Shown here one piece after another: positions 25,740 to 35,966 of a stretch of 64,000 nucleotides of DNA. The stretch's first letter is position 1. Each line of letters opens with the position of its first letter. A model generated the notes under the pieces. The model searched no databases and was not told where the DNA came from. It saw nothing but the letters and a program-made list of their open reading frames with translations. A program made the position numbers and the translations under genes. Source of the DNA: Vicinamibacterales bacterium (GTDB lineage Bacteria > Acidobacteriota > Vicinamibacteria > Vicinamibacterales > JAMQPK01); the NCBI GenBank assembly GCA_963761975.1, contig CAVXIR010000007.1:558965-622964 (forward strand), given 5' to 3'.

Positions 25740-27376
25740 ATGATTTCATTCTCCAAAATCAATAAGCAATACGGCAAGCAGGTGCTGTTTGTCGACGCGT
25801 CCTTCCAGCTGAACGAAGGCGAGAAAGTCGGGCTGGTCGGTCCGAACGGATCCGGCAAGACCACACTGTTCCGAATGATTATCGGCGAGGAGCAGCCGGA
25901 CGAGGGTGAGGTGTCGGTTCCGCGCAAGGTGACCGTTGGGTACTTCCGCCAGGATGTCGAAGAAATGTCGGGCCGTTCGGTATTGGACGAGGCGATTGCC
26001 GGCAGCGGACGCCTTGGCACGCTCCATCATGAGCTCGAAGAGCTTCAGCACGCGATGTCCGATCCCGCCAAGGCCGGCCAGATGGATACGATCCTCGAGC
26101 GCTTCGGCGTCGTACAGGAAGAGTACGAGCACCTTGGTGGCTATGCGCTTGAAAGCCGTACTCGGGAGATCCTGCACGGTCTCGGATTCGACGACGAGCG
26201 CATCGACGGCGACGTTGGAGCGCTGTCGGGCGGCTGGAAAATGCGCGTCGCGATGGCGCGGGTGCTGCTGGGCGAGCCAGACGTCTTGCTGATGGACGAG
26301 CCGACCAACCACCTCGACATCGAATCGATCATCTGGCTCGAGGACTTTCTGAAGGCGCGAAGCGGCAGCCTGTTGATGACGTCGCACGACCGCGAGTTCA
26401 TGAACCGGGTGGTTTCAAAGATCGCGGAGATCGACGGCGGCGAAATCACGGCCTATTCGGGCAATTACGACTTCTACGAGCGTGAGCGCGCCATTCGCGA
26501 GGCGAATCGTGAAGCCGCATACGCCCGGCAGCAGGCAATGCTGGCCAAAGAGCAGCGGTTCATCGAGCGCTTCTCGGCGCATGCGGCGAAGGCCGCGCAG
26601 GTGCAAAGCCGGGTCAAGGCGCTCGAGAAAATCGAGAAGATCGAGCTGCCGAAGAAGCGCCGGATCGTGAAGTTCGATTTCAGGCAGCCGCCGCGGTCGG
26701 GCGAGCAGGTGGCCACGCTCGAGCATCTCTCGAAACGCTACGGCCAACGTATGGTTCATCAGGATCTGAACCTGAACATCCGGCGGGGCGAGCGCTGGTG
26801 CGTGATGGGCAAGAACGGTGCGGGCAAGTCGACGTTGTTGAAAATGGTCGCCGGCGCGATTCAACCGGATGAGGGCCGGGTCGCGCTCGGCGCCAGCCTG
26901 AAGATGGGTATTTCTCGCAGCAGGCGCTCGATGTGCTCAATCCCGATCTCACCATCGAAGAGCAACTGCAGCGCGACTTTTCGCATGAGTCGATCGGCGT
27001 TCTCAGGAACCTCGCCGGCGCGTTTCAGTTTTCAGGCGAGGACATCGACAAGAAGATCCGCATGCTGTCGGGTGGTGAGAAGACCCGGCTGGTGATGGCG
27101 CGCATGCTGCTGAACCCGCCGAACTTTCTTGTACTCGACGAGCCCACCAATCACCTCGATCTGGCGACCAAGGAAATGCTGCTCCAGTCGCTCGAGGGCT
27201 TCGATGGCACGATGCTGTTCGTGTCTCACGACCGCGCGTTTCTGCGCGCGCTGAGCAACCGTGTCCTGGAGTTGGGTGGAGAAAGCGGCACGGAGACAGC
27301 GCCGCACGTCTACCCAGGGTCGTATGTTGAGTACGTCGAGCGGACCGGTCACGAAGCCCCTGGCGTTCACCGCTGA
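25740..27376 (+). CDS. ABC-F family ATPase (two ABC domains, ~545 aa) with a 1-nt deletion near 26907
   Basis: GPNGSGKTT, LSGGWKMR, LLMDEPTNHLD in the first half. GKNGAGKST, LSGGEKTR, LVLDEPTNHLD in the second half. ORFs 25716..27095 and 26933..27376 join as ..LKMG|YFSQQALDVLNPD. Confidence 0.85.
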
Positions 27377-27411
27377 CGACGGTTTTTTCGTATTTGCTTC
27401 TGTGTGCGGTA

Positions 27412-29685
27412 TCACGCGTACGAAAATGCGAGCTTGTCTCCGTCCACGCTGATCGTGACGGTTCCGCCATTCTCCAATTTCCCGAACAGAATCTCATCAG
27501 TCAGCGGGTCGCGCACGTCGCGCTGGATGACGCGGCTCAGCGGTCGCGCCCCCATCGTCGGGTCGTAGCCCTTCTTCGCGAGCCACGTGCGCGCGTCGGG
27601 GTTGAGGGTGATCGCCACCTTGCGATCTTTCAACTGGCTCTCGAGCTGCAGCACGAACTTCTCGACAATCGTCTCCATCGCTTCAGAGGTGAGCGTCTTG
27701 AACGTGACGATCGCGTCGAGGCGATTCCGGAACTCCGGGCTGAAAACGCGTTCGATGGCCGACTTCGCCTTGCCCAGCGGGCCGCTGTCGGCAAATCCAA
27801 TCGCGCCGACGCTCATTTCCCGCGAACCGGCGTTCGACGTCAGAATCAGCACCGCATTCCGGAAATCCGCCTTCCTGCCGCTGTTGTCGGTGAGCGTCGC
27901 GTGATCCATCACCTGGAGCAAGATGTTGTAGATGTCCTCGTGAGCCTTCTCGATCTCGTCGAGGAGGACGACGCAGTACGGATGCGTGCGAACCGCATCG
28001 ACGAGTTGTCCGCCCTGTTCGAAGCCGACGTATCCGGGTGGGGCGCCGATGAGGCGGGCGACCGCATGCTTCTCCATGTATTCGCTCATGTCGAACCGGA
28101 TGAACTCGTTGCCGAGCAGCAGCGCGAGCTGTTTCGCCAACTCGGTCTTGCCAACGCCCGTCGGACCCGTGAACAGGAAGCAGCCGGCCGGCCGTTCTGG
28201 CAGCGCAAGCCCTGCGCGCGCCCGCTTGATGGACTGTGCCACCAGGCGCACCGCCTCGTGCTGTCCGAACACCACGCGCTCGAGCGACTCTTCCAGGGTT
28301 CTCAGCCGCTCACGATCGGACGAGGACGCCTGGCGCGCTGGAATGCGCGCCATCCGGGCGATGATGATCTCGATATCGGCGACGTCGACGACAACTGCGG
28401 TAGCGTCGGCTGACACGGGACCGGCCTTCAGGCGTGTGACGGCACCCGATTCGTCGATCACATCGATCGCGCTGTCGGGCAGCCGGTAGTCGCGCAGGTG
28501 CCGCGCGGCGAGCTTGGCGGCAGCATCGAGCGCCGCGTCGGTGTACTTGACGTGGTGATGCTCTTCGTACCGGTTCCGCAGGCCGGCAAGGATGCGGACG
28601 GTCTCTTCGGTTGACGGCTCATCGATGGCGATTTTCTGAAGTCGTCGCGCGAGTGCGCGATCCCGTTCGATGTGCTTGAACTCTTCGAACGTCGTCGAGC
28701 CGATCACGCGCATGTCGCCGGTTGTGAGCAGCGGCTTCAACATCGTCGCGAGATCCATCGTGCCGCCGCTGACCGCCCCGGCGCCGACCGTTGCATGAAT
28801 CTCATCGATGAACAGAATCGCCTTCGGCCGCGCGCTCAGCGCCTTGACGACGGCCTTGAAGCGCTCTTCGAAATCGCCGCGGAAGCGCGATCCTGCCAAC
28901 AGGGCGCCCGTGTCGAGCGAGAAGATCTCGGCATCCTTCAACGAATCCTGCACGTCGTCGGTGAGCAGCCGCACGGCGAGCCCTTCGGCCATCGCTGTCT
29001 TGCCGACGCCGGCATCGCCGACGAACACGGGATTGTTCTTGCGGCGGCGGCAGAGCACTTCGATCGTGCGCTGAAGCTCGTCACTGCGGCCAATCAGGGG
29101 ATCCAGCAATCCCTGGCGCGCGCGCGCCGTGAGGTTGATGCAATAGGCAGACAACGGGTCCCGGGCCGTCGCGGGGCCGTGTTCGCCGCCCGGGCCGAGT
29201 CCCTCGCGTGTCTCAGTGGGGTCGGTTGCGCCGCGATCGTCGGCATGAATCGGCGTCTTCGTGATGCCGTGCGCAAGGTACTCGAGCACGTCGAGGCGCG
29301 TAATGCCTTGCTCGGCCAGAAGCATGGCGGCGCGGGTTTGGGGTTGCTGCAGTATCGCGGCAATCAGGTCGCCGACCTGCGCCTCCTGCCGCTGCGCGCT
29401 TTGCACGTGCAGCACGGCCGCCTGCAGCGCCCGTCGGAATGCGGTCGTCTGCTCGGGTTCGCGTTCCTGCCCTCGTGACAGCGCTTCCACCGACGAATCG
29501 AGGCTGTCGTTGAGCTTTCGGCGCAGCACGGGTAGATCGGCGCCGCAGGCGCCGAGGATGCGCTCGCCGTCCGGCTCGTGCGCGAGCGCGTACAACAGAT
29601 GCTCGAGCGTGAGATAGGCATGGCGGCGAGAAACCGCTTCCCTGAACGCAATATGCAGCACAACCTCGACGGCGGTGGAAAACAT
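27412..29685 (-). CDS. clpA: ATP-dependent Clp protease ATP-binding subunit ClpA
   Basis: Clp N-domain, two AAA modules (GDAGVGKT, GPTGVGKT), 757 aa, immediately downstream of clpS. Confidence 0.95.
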   Translation of the reverse strand: MFSTAVEVVLHIAFREAVSRRHAYLTLEHLLYALAHEPDGERILGACGADLPVLRRKLNDSLDSSVEALSRGQEREPEQTTAFRRALQAAVLHVQSAQRQEAQVGDLIAAILQQPQTRAAMLLAEQGITRLDVLEYLAHGITKTPIHADDRGATDPTETREGLGPGGEHGPATARDPLSAYCINLTARARQGLLDPLIGRSDELQRTIEVLCRRRKNNPVFVGDAGVGKTAMAEGLAVRLLTDDVQDSLKDAEIFSLDTGALLAGSRFRGDFEERFKAVVKALSARPKAILFIDEIHATVGAGAVSGGTMDLATMLKPLLTTGDMRVIGSTTFEEFKHIERDRALARRLQKIAIDEPSTEETVRILAGLRNRYEEHHHVKYTDAALDAAAKLAARHLRDYRLPDSAIDVIDESGAVTRLKAGPVSADATAVVVDVADIEIIIARMARIPARQASSSDRERLRTLEESLERVVFGQHEAVRLVAQSIKRARAGLALPERPAGCFLFTGPTGVGKTELAKQLALLLGNEFIRFDMSEYMEKHAVARLIGAPPGYVGFEQGGQLVDAVRTHPYCVVLLDEIEKAHEDIYNILLQVMDHATLTDNSGRKADFRNAVLILTSNAGSREMSVGAIGFADSGPLGKAKSAIERVFSPEFRNRLDAIVTFKTLTSEAMETIVEKFVLQLESQLKDRKVAITLNPDARTWLAKKGYDPTMGARPLSRVIQRDVRDPLTDEILFGKLENGGTVTISVDGDKLAFSYA

Positions 29686-30008
29686 CAGGCGTCCTCTATC
29701 GTCGCACGTAATGGGTAGCCGGCTTCACGTGAGAGCGTGGCGACCTTGTCAACCTTGGTTTCGGCCACTTCCCAGGTATACACACCGGCAAGGCCGCGGC
29801 CATTGAGGTGCACGTGCATCATGATGCGGTAGGCCTCGGCCGGAGACTTCTGGAACAGCGTCTCCAGGATCTGTAGGACGAATTCCATTGTTGTGTAGTC
29901 GTCATTCAACAAGATGACGTTGTAGAGCTTAGGATCCTGGCTCTTCGTTTCGGCGCGTTCCTTGATCGCACCATCAGTCTCGTCGTGCCGGCCAGCCATC
30001 ATGAGCAT
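29685..30008 (-). CDS. clpS: ATP-dependent Clp protease adaptor ClpS
   Basis: LYNVILLNDDYTTMEFVLQIL...F.....A..IM..VH..G core. Overlaps clpA by 1 nt. Confidence 0.9.
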   Translation of the reverse strand: MLMMAGRHDETDGAIKERAETKSQDPKLYNVILLNDDYTTMEFVLQILETLFQKSPAEAYRIMMHVHLNGRGLAGVYTWEVAETKVDKVATLSREAGYPLRATIEDA

Positions 30009-30112
30009 GCTAGCATGCGGAAAAACATGATCATTTCCGCATACGGCACCGCGTCAGCGGATGTCGCTCGTCGCGATCGAATACTTGTTGGCTTGAATGA
30101 ACTGGTGCGGTC

Positions 30113-30340
30113 TTAATCTCGCGGCACTCTCGTCAGTACGCCGTCAGAGTTGCGCCAGATCGTAACGTTGTGGTCGTCGGCCCATTTTTTGGCGATCTGA
30201 AGCGCCGCCGAGAGCTCGCTCAACGTGAGCTGGTGCGGGTGCGGCACCACGCTCAGCAGATGGCGACCACCTTCGGTCGTTATCAGTACATCTCCATTGG
30301 ACGGAGCATCTCCGTTAGATGGAGAGTCGGGCATTTGCAC
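30113..30340 (-). CDS. hypothetical small protein (75 aa)
   Basis: ORF only. Contains the internal duplication SNGDAPSNGD. Weak RBS. Confidence 0.3.
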   Translation of the reverse strand: MQMPDSPSNGDAPSNGDVLITTEGGRHLLSVVPHPHQLTLSELSAALQIAKKWADDHNVTIWRNSDGVLTRVPRD

Positions 30341-30395
30341 AACCTGGGTACTCTATCAAGATCGATGCCTGTCCCACCTTGGGGCGGCGGCTACG

Positions 30396-30602
30396 CTAGA
30401 GATTCGTCAGTTCGGCCGGCAAAATAGCCTGGCAGCTGGGGCAGGCCACCACACGTCCGCGGCGGGGCAGGGTGGATGTGAAGTTTACCTGGTCACGAAG
30501 GAGCCGGACGGCTTTCAGCGTCGACACGATCTGTCCACAGTGTGGGCACTTTACCGGCGTTTCCAGCCGGTAAACCGCATCGAACTTCTCGGGCTGGGCC
30601 AT
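30396..30602 (-). CDS. small zinc-ribbon protein (CPHC...CPSC)
   Basis: Two CxxC pairs 35 residues apart. I prefer the start at MAQPEKF. Confidence 0.45.
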   Translation of the reverse strand: MAQPEKFDAVYRLETPVKCPHCGQIVSTLKAVRLLRDQVNFTSTLPRRGRVVACPSCQAILPAELTNL

Positions 30603-30686
30603 CCTGGATCTTTTCGGCTGATACAAACACTTCCTTTACTTAGAGTTAGCGACTCAGGCAAAATAAATGAAACCCTTGGTGATTGA

Positions 30687-33230
30687 GTGACACAGCTCAG
30701 CAGGCACGCATCGGTATTTGCGGTCGGTGTCGGCATCTGTGCAGCCGTCGCACTGTTCAGCGTGCGCACGTCTGCCGATCAGGCGCCTGCGCCGGTCACG
30801 GCATCATCCACATCCCAGACGGTCGTCAACAAGTACTGCGTCGGTTGCCACAATCAGAAAGCGCGAACCGGTGGACTCGCGCTCGACACGCTCGATGTCG
30901 TGAATCCTGGCCAGCACGCGGAAATCTGGGAGCGCGTTGTTGAGAAGCTGCGCGCTGGTTCGATGCCGCCGCCGGGACGGCCGCGTCCAGACAACGCGAC
31001 ATATCTTGCCGCGGCGACCGAGCTCGAGAACGCACTCGACACGGCATGGGCGGCCCGCCCCGATCCCGGACGCATCGGTGCGGTGCACCGTCTGAATCGC
31101 ACGGAATACGCCAACGCCATCCGCGATCTCTTCGGCTTCAATGCGCAGAGCATCGACGTGCAATCGCAGCTGCCTGGCGACGAAACGGCAGACGGCAGCT
31201 TCGACAACTTCGCCGATTCCCTTTCCATCTCCACAGCGCATCTCGAGCGTTACATGTCCGTTGCGAGGCAAGTCACGCGGCTTGCAACGGCGCTGCCGCC
31301 GACTCATCCGACCGTCGAGATGTTCGAAGTGCCGCTGCACGTGATCCAGGACGACAGGCAGAGCGAAGATCTGCCCTTGGGGTCGCGCGGCGGTATTGCC
31401 GTGCGCTATCACTTTCCGGTCGACGGCGAATATCGCATCGTCGTCCGACTCCAGCGAAACTATCAGGACTATCTCAAAGGGATGGGATGGGAGCAGCAGC
31501 TGGACGTGCGTCTCGACGGAAAGTTGCTGAAGCGATTTGTTGTGGGCGGCAAAGCAGAGGGCCGTCCCGCCGCGGCCAGCTATGCCGGCGATGGCGAGCC
31601 GGGATTTGCCGGTGCGCCCGAGTGGGAAAAGTACATGCAGATCGACGGCGATGCCGACCTCGAGGTGCGTGTGCCGGTCACCGCAGGATCGCGCGCGGTC
31701 GGCGTCTCTTTCGTCCGCCAGTTGTGGGAGCCCGAAGGGCTGCCGCAGCCGCTGCAGCGGGGCCGTGTGATCACGAACGACGAAGTGTACATGGACTACG
31801 CGAACGTCGCGGCTCTGCAGATCGGTGGTCCGTACCCGAGCGGGACGTCGCAAGAAAAACGTGAGACCACGAACCGGGTCTTCACCTGCCGTCCGGCGAG
31901 GGTTTCCGAAGAGCCGGCATGCGCGACGAGGATTTTGTCGCGCCTCGCGCGGCTCGCGTATCGCCGTCCGGTGACGAAAGCGGACGTGCAGACGTTGATG
32001 ACGTTCTTCGCCGATGGACGACGCCAGGGAGGCAGCTTTGCCAGCGGCGTGCAGTTCGCCCTCGAGCGGATGCTCGTCGATCCCGATTTCCTTCTGCGCG
32101 TGTATCGCGATCCGGTTGCTGGTCGTCGTCCGGTTTCACGCGATGGGAAAATCCAATTTCAGTCGGGCGATTCGTATCGCTTATCCGATCTCGAGCTCGC
32201 CTCTCGCCTGTCGTTTTTCCTCTGGTCGAGCATTCCCGATGACCAGTTGCTGACGCTCGCCGAGCAGCGCAAGCTTTCGGATTCGGCCGTGCTCGACCAG
32301 CAGGTGAAGCGCATGCTCGCGGACCCGCGTGCCGAAGAGGCGTTGGTCGACGATTTTGCTGCGCAGTGGCTGAACCTGCGGCGCGTCGAGGAGGTCGTCG
32401 TCGATCCCGAGCGATACCCAAATTACGACCTCACGTTGATGGAGTCGTTCAAGCGCGAGACCGAGCTCTTTGTTGGCAGCACGCTGCGCGACGACAAGAG
32501 CGTGCTCGAGCTGTTGAATGCTGACTACACGTTCCTGAACGAAAGGCTGGCGAGACATTACGGTGTTCCCGGCATCTACGGGAGCCGCTTCCGTCGAGTG
32601 ACGCTCGCCGACAAGAACCAGCGAGGCGGACTGCTTGCGCAAGGCGCGCTCCTCTCGACGACGTCGTATCCCGACAGGACGTCGCCAGTCCTCCGTGGAA
32701 AGTTCCTGCTGAACAATATTCTGGGGCTCCAGGTCACGCCGCCGCCCCCCGGCGTCGACACGAATCTGGCGCCGACCAAGCCGGGCGCGCCGCCGCCGAC
32801 CATCCGCGAACGCCTGGCCGCGCATCGGACGGACCCGACGTGTGCGAGTTGCCATGGCGTCATCAATCCGCTCGGCTTTGCGCTCGAGAACTTCGACGTC
32901 ATCGGCGGGTGGCGGACGACGGATGAAGCGGGCAAGCCGGTCGATGCGGCCGGCACGACGATGAGCGGAAAGAACGTTGAAGGGTTGATCGGGCTGCGAG
33001 CGCTGCTCCTCGAAGACCGCGAGCAGTTCCCGCGCACGGTGACGGAAAAGCTGCTCGCGTATGCGCTCGGCCGGCGAGTCGAGTACTACGATCGGCCTGC
33101 AATCCGTACCATCGTCCGTGATGCCGCAACCCACGACTATCGTTGGTCGTCGTTGATTTTGGGAATCGTCAAGAGCCCGGCGTTCCAGATGCGCCGCAGT
33201 GCTCCAGAGGTACGTAGCGCAGGGCTTTAG
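30687..33230 (+). CDS. DUF1592/DUF1588/DUF1585-type protein with N-terminal cytochrome c (CxxCH) domain (847 aa)
   Basis: NKYCVGCHNQKARTGGLALD heme-binding motif and a C-terminal ..CASCHGVINPLGFALENFD..G.WR motif. Architecture typical of the Planctomycete-type PSCyt/DUF1592 family. Confidence 0.88.
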   Translation: MTQLSRHASVFAVGVGICAAVALFSVRTSADQAPAPVTASSTSQTVVNKYCVGCHNQKARTGGLALDTLDVVNPGQHAEIWERVVEKLRAGSMPPPGRPRPDNATYLAAATELENALDTAWAARPDPGRIGAVHRLNRTEYANAIRDLFGFNAQSIDVQSQLPGDETADGSFDNFADSLSISTAHLERYMSVARQVTRLATALPPTHPTVEMFEVPLHVIQDDRQSEDLPLGSRGGIAVRYHFPVDGEYRIVVRLQRNYQDYLKGMGWEQQLDVRLDGKLLKRFVVGGKAEGRPAAASYAGDGEPGFAGAPEWEKYMQIDGDADLEVRVPVTAGSRAVGVSFVRQLWEPEGLPQPLQRGRVITNDEVYMDYANVAALQIGGPYPSGTSQEKRETTNRVFTCRPARVSEEPACATRILSRLARLAYRRPVTKADVQTLMTFFADGRRQGGSFASGVQFALERMLVDPDFLLRVYRDPVAGRRPVSRDGKIQFQSGDSYRLSDLELASRLSFFLWSSIPDDQLLTLAEQRKLSDSAVLDQQVKRMLADPRAEEALVDDFAAQWLNLRRVEEVVVDPERYPNYDLTLMESFKRETELFVGSTLRDDKSVLELLNADYTFLNERLARHYGVPGIYGSRFRRVTLADKNQRGGLLAQGALLSTTSYPDRTSPVLRGKFLLNNILGLQVTPPPPGVDTNLAPTKPGAPPPTIRERLAAHRTDPTCASCHGVINPLGFALENFDVIGGWRTTDEAGKPVDAAGTTMSGKNVEGLIGLRALLLEDREQFPRTVTEKLLAYALGRRVEYYDRPAIRTIVRDAATHDYRWSSLILGIVKSPAFQMRRSAPEVRSAGL

Positions 33231-33236
33231 CCCTGC
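33212..33236. repeat. ACGTAG-type hairpin ACGTAG-C-GCAGGGC-TTTA-GCCCTGC spanning the DUF1592 stop codon
   Basis: Read directly. Confidence 0.7.
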
Positions 33237-33248
33237 CAAGGAGACCGC

Positions 33249-34586
33249 ATGTTTCTGACATCGAAGGCCCTTCCACGGCGGACCCTTCTTCGAGGGCTCG
33301 GCGCCACGCTGGCGCTGCCGTTTCTCGACGCGATGGCACCTGCGATGGCGGTTGCGGCGCAGCGCGTCGCACGGAAGCCCGCGCACCGGTTTCTCGCGTT
33401 CTACGTGCCCAACGGCATGGCCATGGAGTACTGGTCGCCGAAGGCCGAGGGCAGTGCCTTCGAGTTGACGCCGATTCTGCAGCCCTTTGAGCCCTTCCGG
33501 AATCAGATGCTCGTGGTCTCCGGTATCAACGCCAACTGGGTGGCGATTCACGCCGGCGCATCGGGCGCGTTCCTCACCGGCACGGCCCGTGGCGGCAAGA
33601 CCGAGATTGAGATCTTCGCCGATACCTCGATGGATCAGCTGCTGGCCCGTCATTATGCGAACGAGACGCAGATCGGGTCGCTCGAGATGGCGATGGATCG
33701 GCCGGCAAACGCCGGTGCCTGCACCGGCAATCTGAGCTGCGTGTACACCCACACGCTGTCGTGGCGCAGCCCGACGCAGCCGCTGCCGATGGAATGGAAT
33801 CCGCGCGCGGTGTTCGAGAAACTCTTTGGCGACGCTGGCAGCACCGATCGAGCGGCACGTGAGGCGCGGATGCGCCAGCACAAGAGCATCCTCGATTCGG
33901 TCAATGAGAAGCTGGCCTCACTGCGTACCGAGCTCGGGCCGCAGGATCGGGTGCGAGTGGAGCAGTACACCGAGGCGGTCCGCGATGTCGAACGCAGGAT
34001 TCAGCGAGCCGAGCAGCAGACCGATCTCGAGCTGCCGGACATGGATCAGCCGCAGGGCGCGCCGCCGCTGTTCGAGGATCACCTGACGCTGATGCTTGAT
34101 CTGCAGCTCCTCGCGTTCCAGACCGATCTCACACGCGTCATCTCGTTCATGATCGGCAAGGAGCAGAGCGCACGGCCGTATCCGCAGATCGGTGTGCCCG
34201 AGGCGCATCATCCGTTGTCGCATCACCAGGACAACCCGGATCTCATCGCCCACATGTCGAAGATCAACCGGTACCACACCGAGCTGTTCTCGAAGTATCT
34301 CGCAAGATTGCGAGGCACCCCGGACGGAGAGGGCACGCTGCTCGATCACATGACGATTCTCTACGGGTGCGGCATCTCGAACAGCACGCGGCACTCCGGC
34401 GAGAACCTTCCGTTGCTCGTGATGGGCGGCGGAGCGGGCAAGTTGAAGGGCGGCCGTCACGTGAAGTTCACCGACAAGCCGTCGATGGCGAACCTGTTGA
34501 TGACGCTGATGGACAAGATGGATGTCCCGGTCGAACGGATCGGCGGAAGTACTGGCAAGGTTCAGCTCGATACGCTCGCGCTATGA
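33249..34586 (+). CDS. DUF1552 domain protein with Tat-like signal (445 aa)
   Basis: RRTLLRGLGATLALPFLDAM N-terminus and the canonical position directly after a DUF1592 gene. Confidence 0.88.
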   Translation: MFLTSKALPRRTLLRGLGATLALPFLDAMAPAMAVAAQRVARKPAHRFLAFYVPNGMAMEYWSPKAEGSAFELTPILQPFEPFRNQMLVVSGINANWVAIHAGASGAFLTGTARGGKTEIEIFADTSMDQLLARHYANETQIGSLEMAMDRPANAGACTGNLSCVYTHTLSWRSPTQPLPMEWNPRAVFEKLFGDAGSTDRAAREARMRQHKSILDSVNEKLASLRTELGPQDRVRVEQYTEAVRDVERRIQRAEQQTDLELPDMDQPQGAPPLFEDHLTLMLDLQLLAFQTDLTRVISFMIGKEQSARPYPQIGVPEAHHPLSHHQDNPDLIAHMSKINRYHTELFSKYLARLRGTPDGEGTLLDHMTILYGCGISNSTRHSGENLPLLVMGGGAGKLKGGRHVKFTDKPSMANLLMTLMDKMDVPVERIGGSTGKVQLDTLAL

Positions 34587-35842
34587 AGAAGTACGTCATC
34601 GCCGCGTTGCTCGTCGCCGCACCGGTCTACGCGCAGGATCCGCCGTCCGGTGACGGGTCCACGCCTTTGCACTGGGCCGCCTATCGGGACGACCTGGCAA
34701 AAGCCGATCAACTGATTCGCGGCGGCGCGAACGTGAACGCGGCGAACGATCTCGGCGTGACGCCGCTCTGGGCTGCCAGCATCAACGGCAGCGTGGCGCT
34801 CGTGACGCGTCTGCTCGAGGCCGGCGCCAATCCCAACGCTGCCCTCATGTCGGGGGAGACGCCGCTGATGGTCGCGTCGCGATCGGGCAAGACGGCCGCG
34901 GTCGAGACGCTCCTCGCGAAAAGTGCCAATCCCAATGCGCGCGGGGCGCGCGGTCAGACGGCGCTGATGTGGGCCGTCTCGCAGGGGCACGCAGACGTCG
35001 TCAAGCTGCTCGTCGCCGGCGGCGCGGATGTGCATGCGAAGTCCGACAGCTGGAGCCAGATGATGGCCGTGCCCCCGCACGGCCTCCCCGAGTACAACAG
35101 GATGATTCCGCATGGGGCCGACACGGCGCTCATGTTTGCGGCACGCAACGGCGACATCGCGTCGACGAAGGTTCTTGTCGAAGGCGGCGCGAATGTCGAC
35201 GACCAGGATGCCTGGGGAGTGAGCGCGACGACGCTGGCGGTGTTTTCGGGATCTGGTGAAGTTGCGCGTTATCTGCTCGAGAAGGGCGCCGACCCGAACA
35301 ACGACAAACCGGGTTTCACGGCCCTTCACTGCGCCATCATGCGCCGCGACGAACAGACCGTCGCAGCCCTCCTGGCGCGAGGCGCCAATCCCAATATCAC
35401 AGTGAAGGTCTGGACGCCGACGCGGCGAGCCTCGGACGATTACCATTTCATGCCGGCGCTCGTCGATGCGTCGCCATACTGGCTGGCGGCTCGATTCACC
35501 GAGCCTGGCATGATGCGCCTGCTCGCCAAACACGGCGCCGACACCAAAGTGGTCCACGAGTCCAACTACGTGCAAGGCGAAGGCTATCAGCGTCGGAAGG
35601 AACGAACGACGGCGCTGATGGCTGCGCTGGGCATGGGGGGCGGCGTGGCGTGGGTGCCGGTCGATCGCGCCAAGCGCGATGCGCTCATCCTCGAGACGGT
35701 GACGTTGGCCGCCGAGCTGGGTGCCGATGTGAACGTCGCCAGCATTGATGGCCGCACGGCGCTCGATTCCGCACGCGCGCAGAAGCATGAGGCCGTAGTG
35801 GCGTTCCTCGAAGGCCGCGGCGCGGTCGGCAAATCGCGTTAG
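34583..35842 (+). CDS. ankyrin-repeat protein, secreted (419 aa)
   Basis: ATGA overlap with DUF1552. Signal peptide. Repeated TPLHWAA / G.TALMWA..GH...V..LL..GA(D/N) motifs. Confidence 0.85.
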   Translation: MKKYVIAALLVAAPVYAQDPPSGDGSTPLHWAAYRDDLAKADQLIRGGANVNAANDLGVTPLWAASINGSVALVTRLLEAGANPNAALMSGETPLMVASRSGKTAAVETLLAKSANPNARGARGQTALMWAVSQGHADVVKLLVAGGADVHAKSDSWSQMMAVPPHGLPEYNRMIPHGADTALMFAARNGDIASTKVLVEGGANVDDQDAWGVSATTLAVFSGSGEVARYLLEKGADPNNDKPGFTALHCAIMRRDEQTVAALLARGANPNITVKVWTPTRRASDDYHFMPALVDASPYWLAARFTEPGMMRLLAKHGADTKVVHESNYVQGEGYQRRKERTTALMAALGMGGGVAWVPVDRAKRDALILETVTLAAELGADVNVASIDGRTALDSARAQKHEAVVAFLEGRGAVGKSR

Positions 35843-35871
35843 ATCGCTCGCGGCTCAAGGGCTCTCAGACA

Positions 35872-35965
35872 GCATTGCCGTATTTTCGATTGGCAATTGC
35901 CAAATTCATTGGCGATTGGAAATTCCCAATCAATTCACAATCGTCAATTGAGAATGCGGCAATGC
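35872..35965. repeat. GCATTGCC...GGCAATGC palindromic element, copy a (94 bp)
   Basis: Termini GCATTGCCGTATT / AATGCGGCAATGC. The interior is made of CAATTG/GATTGG/CAATC motifs. Lies between convergent gene ends. Confidence 0.85.
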
Positions 35966-35966
35966 G

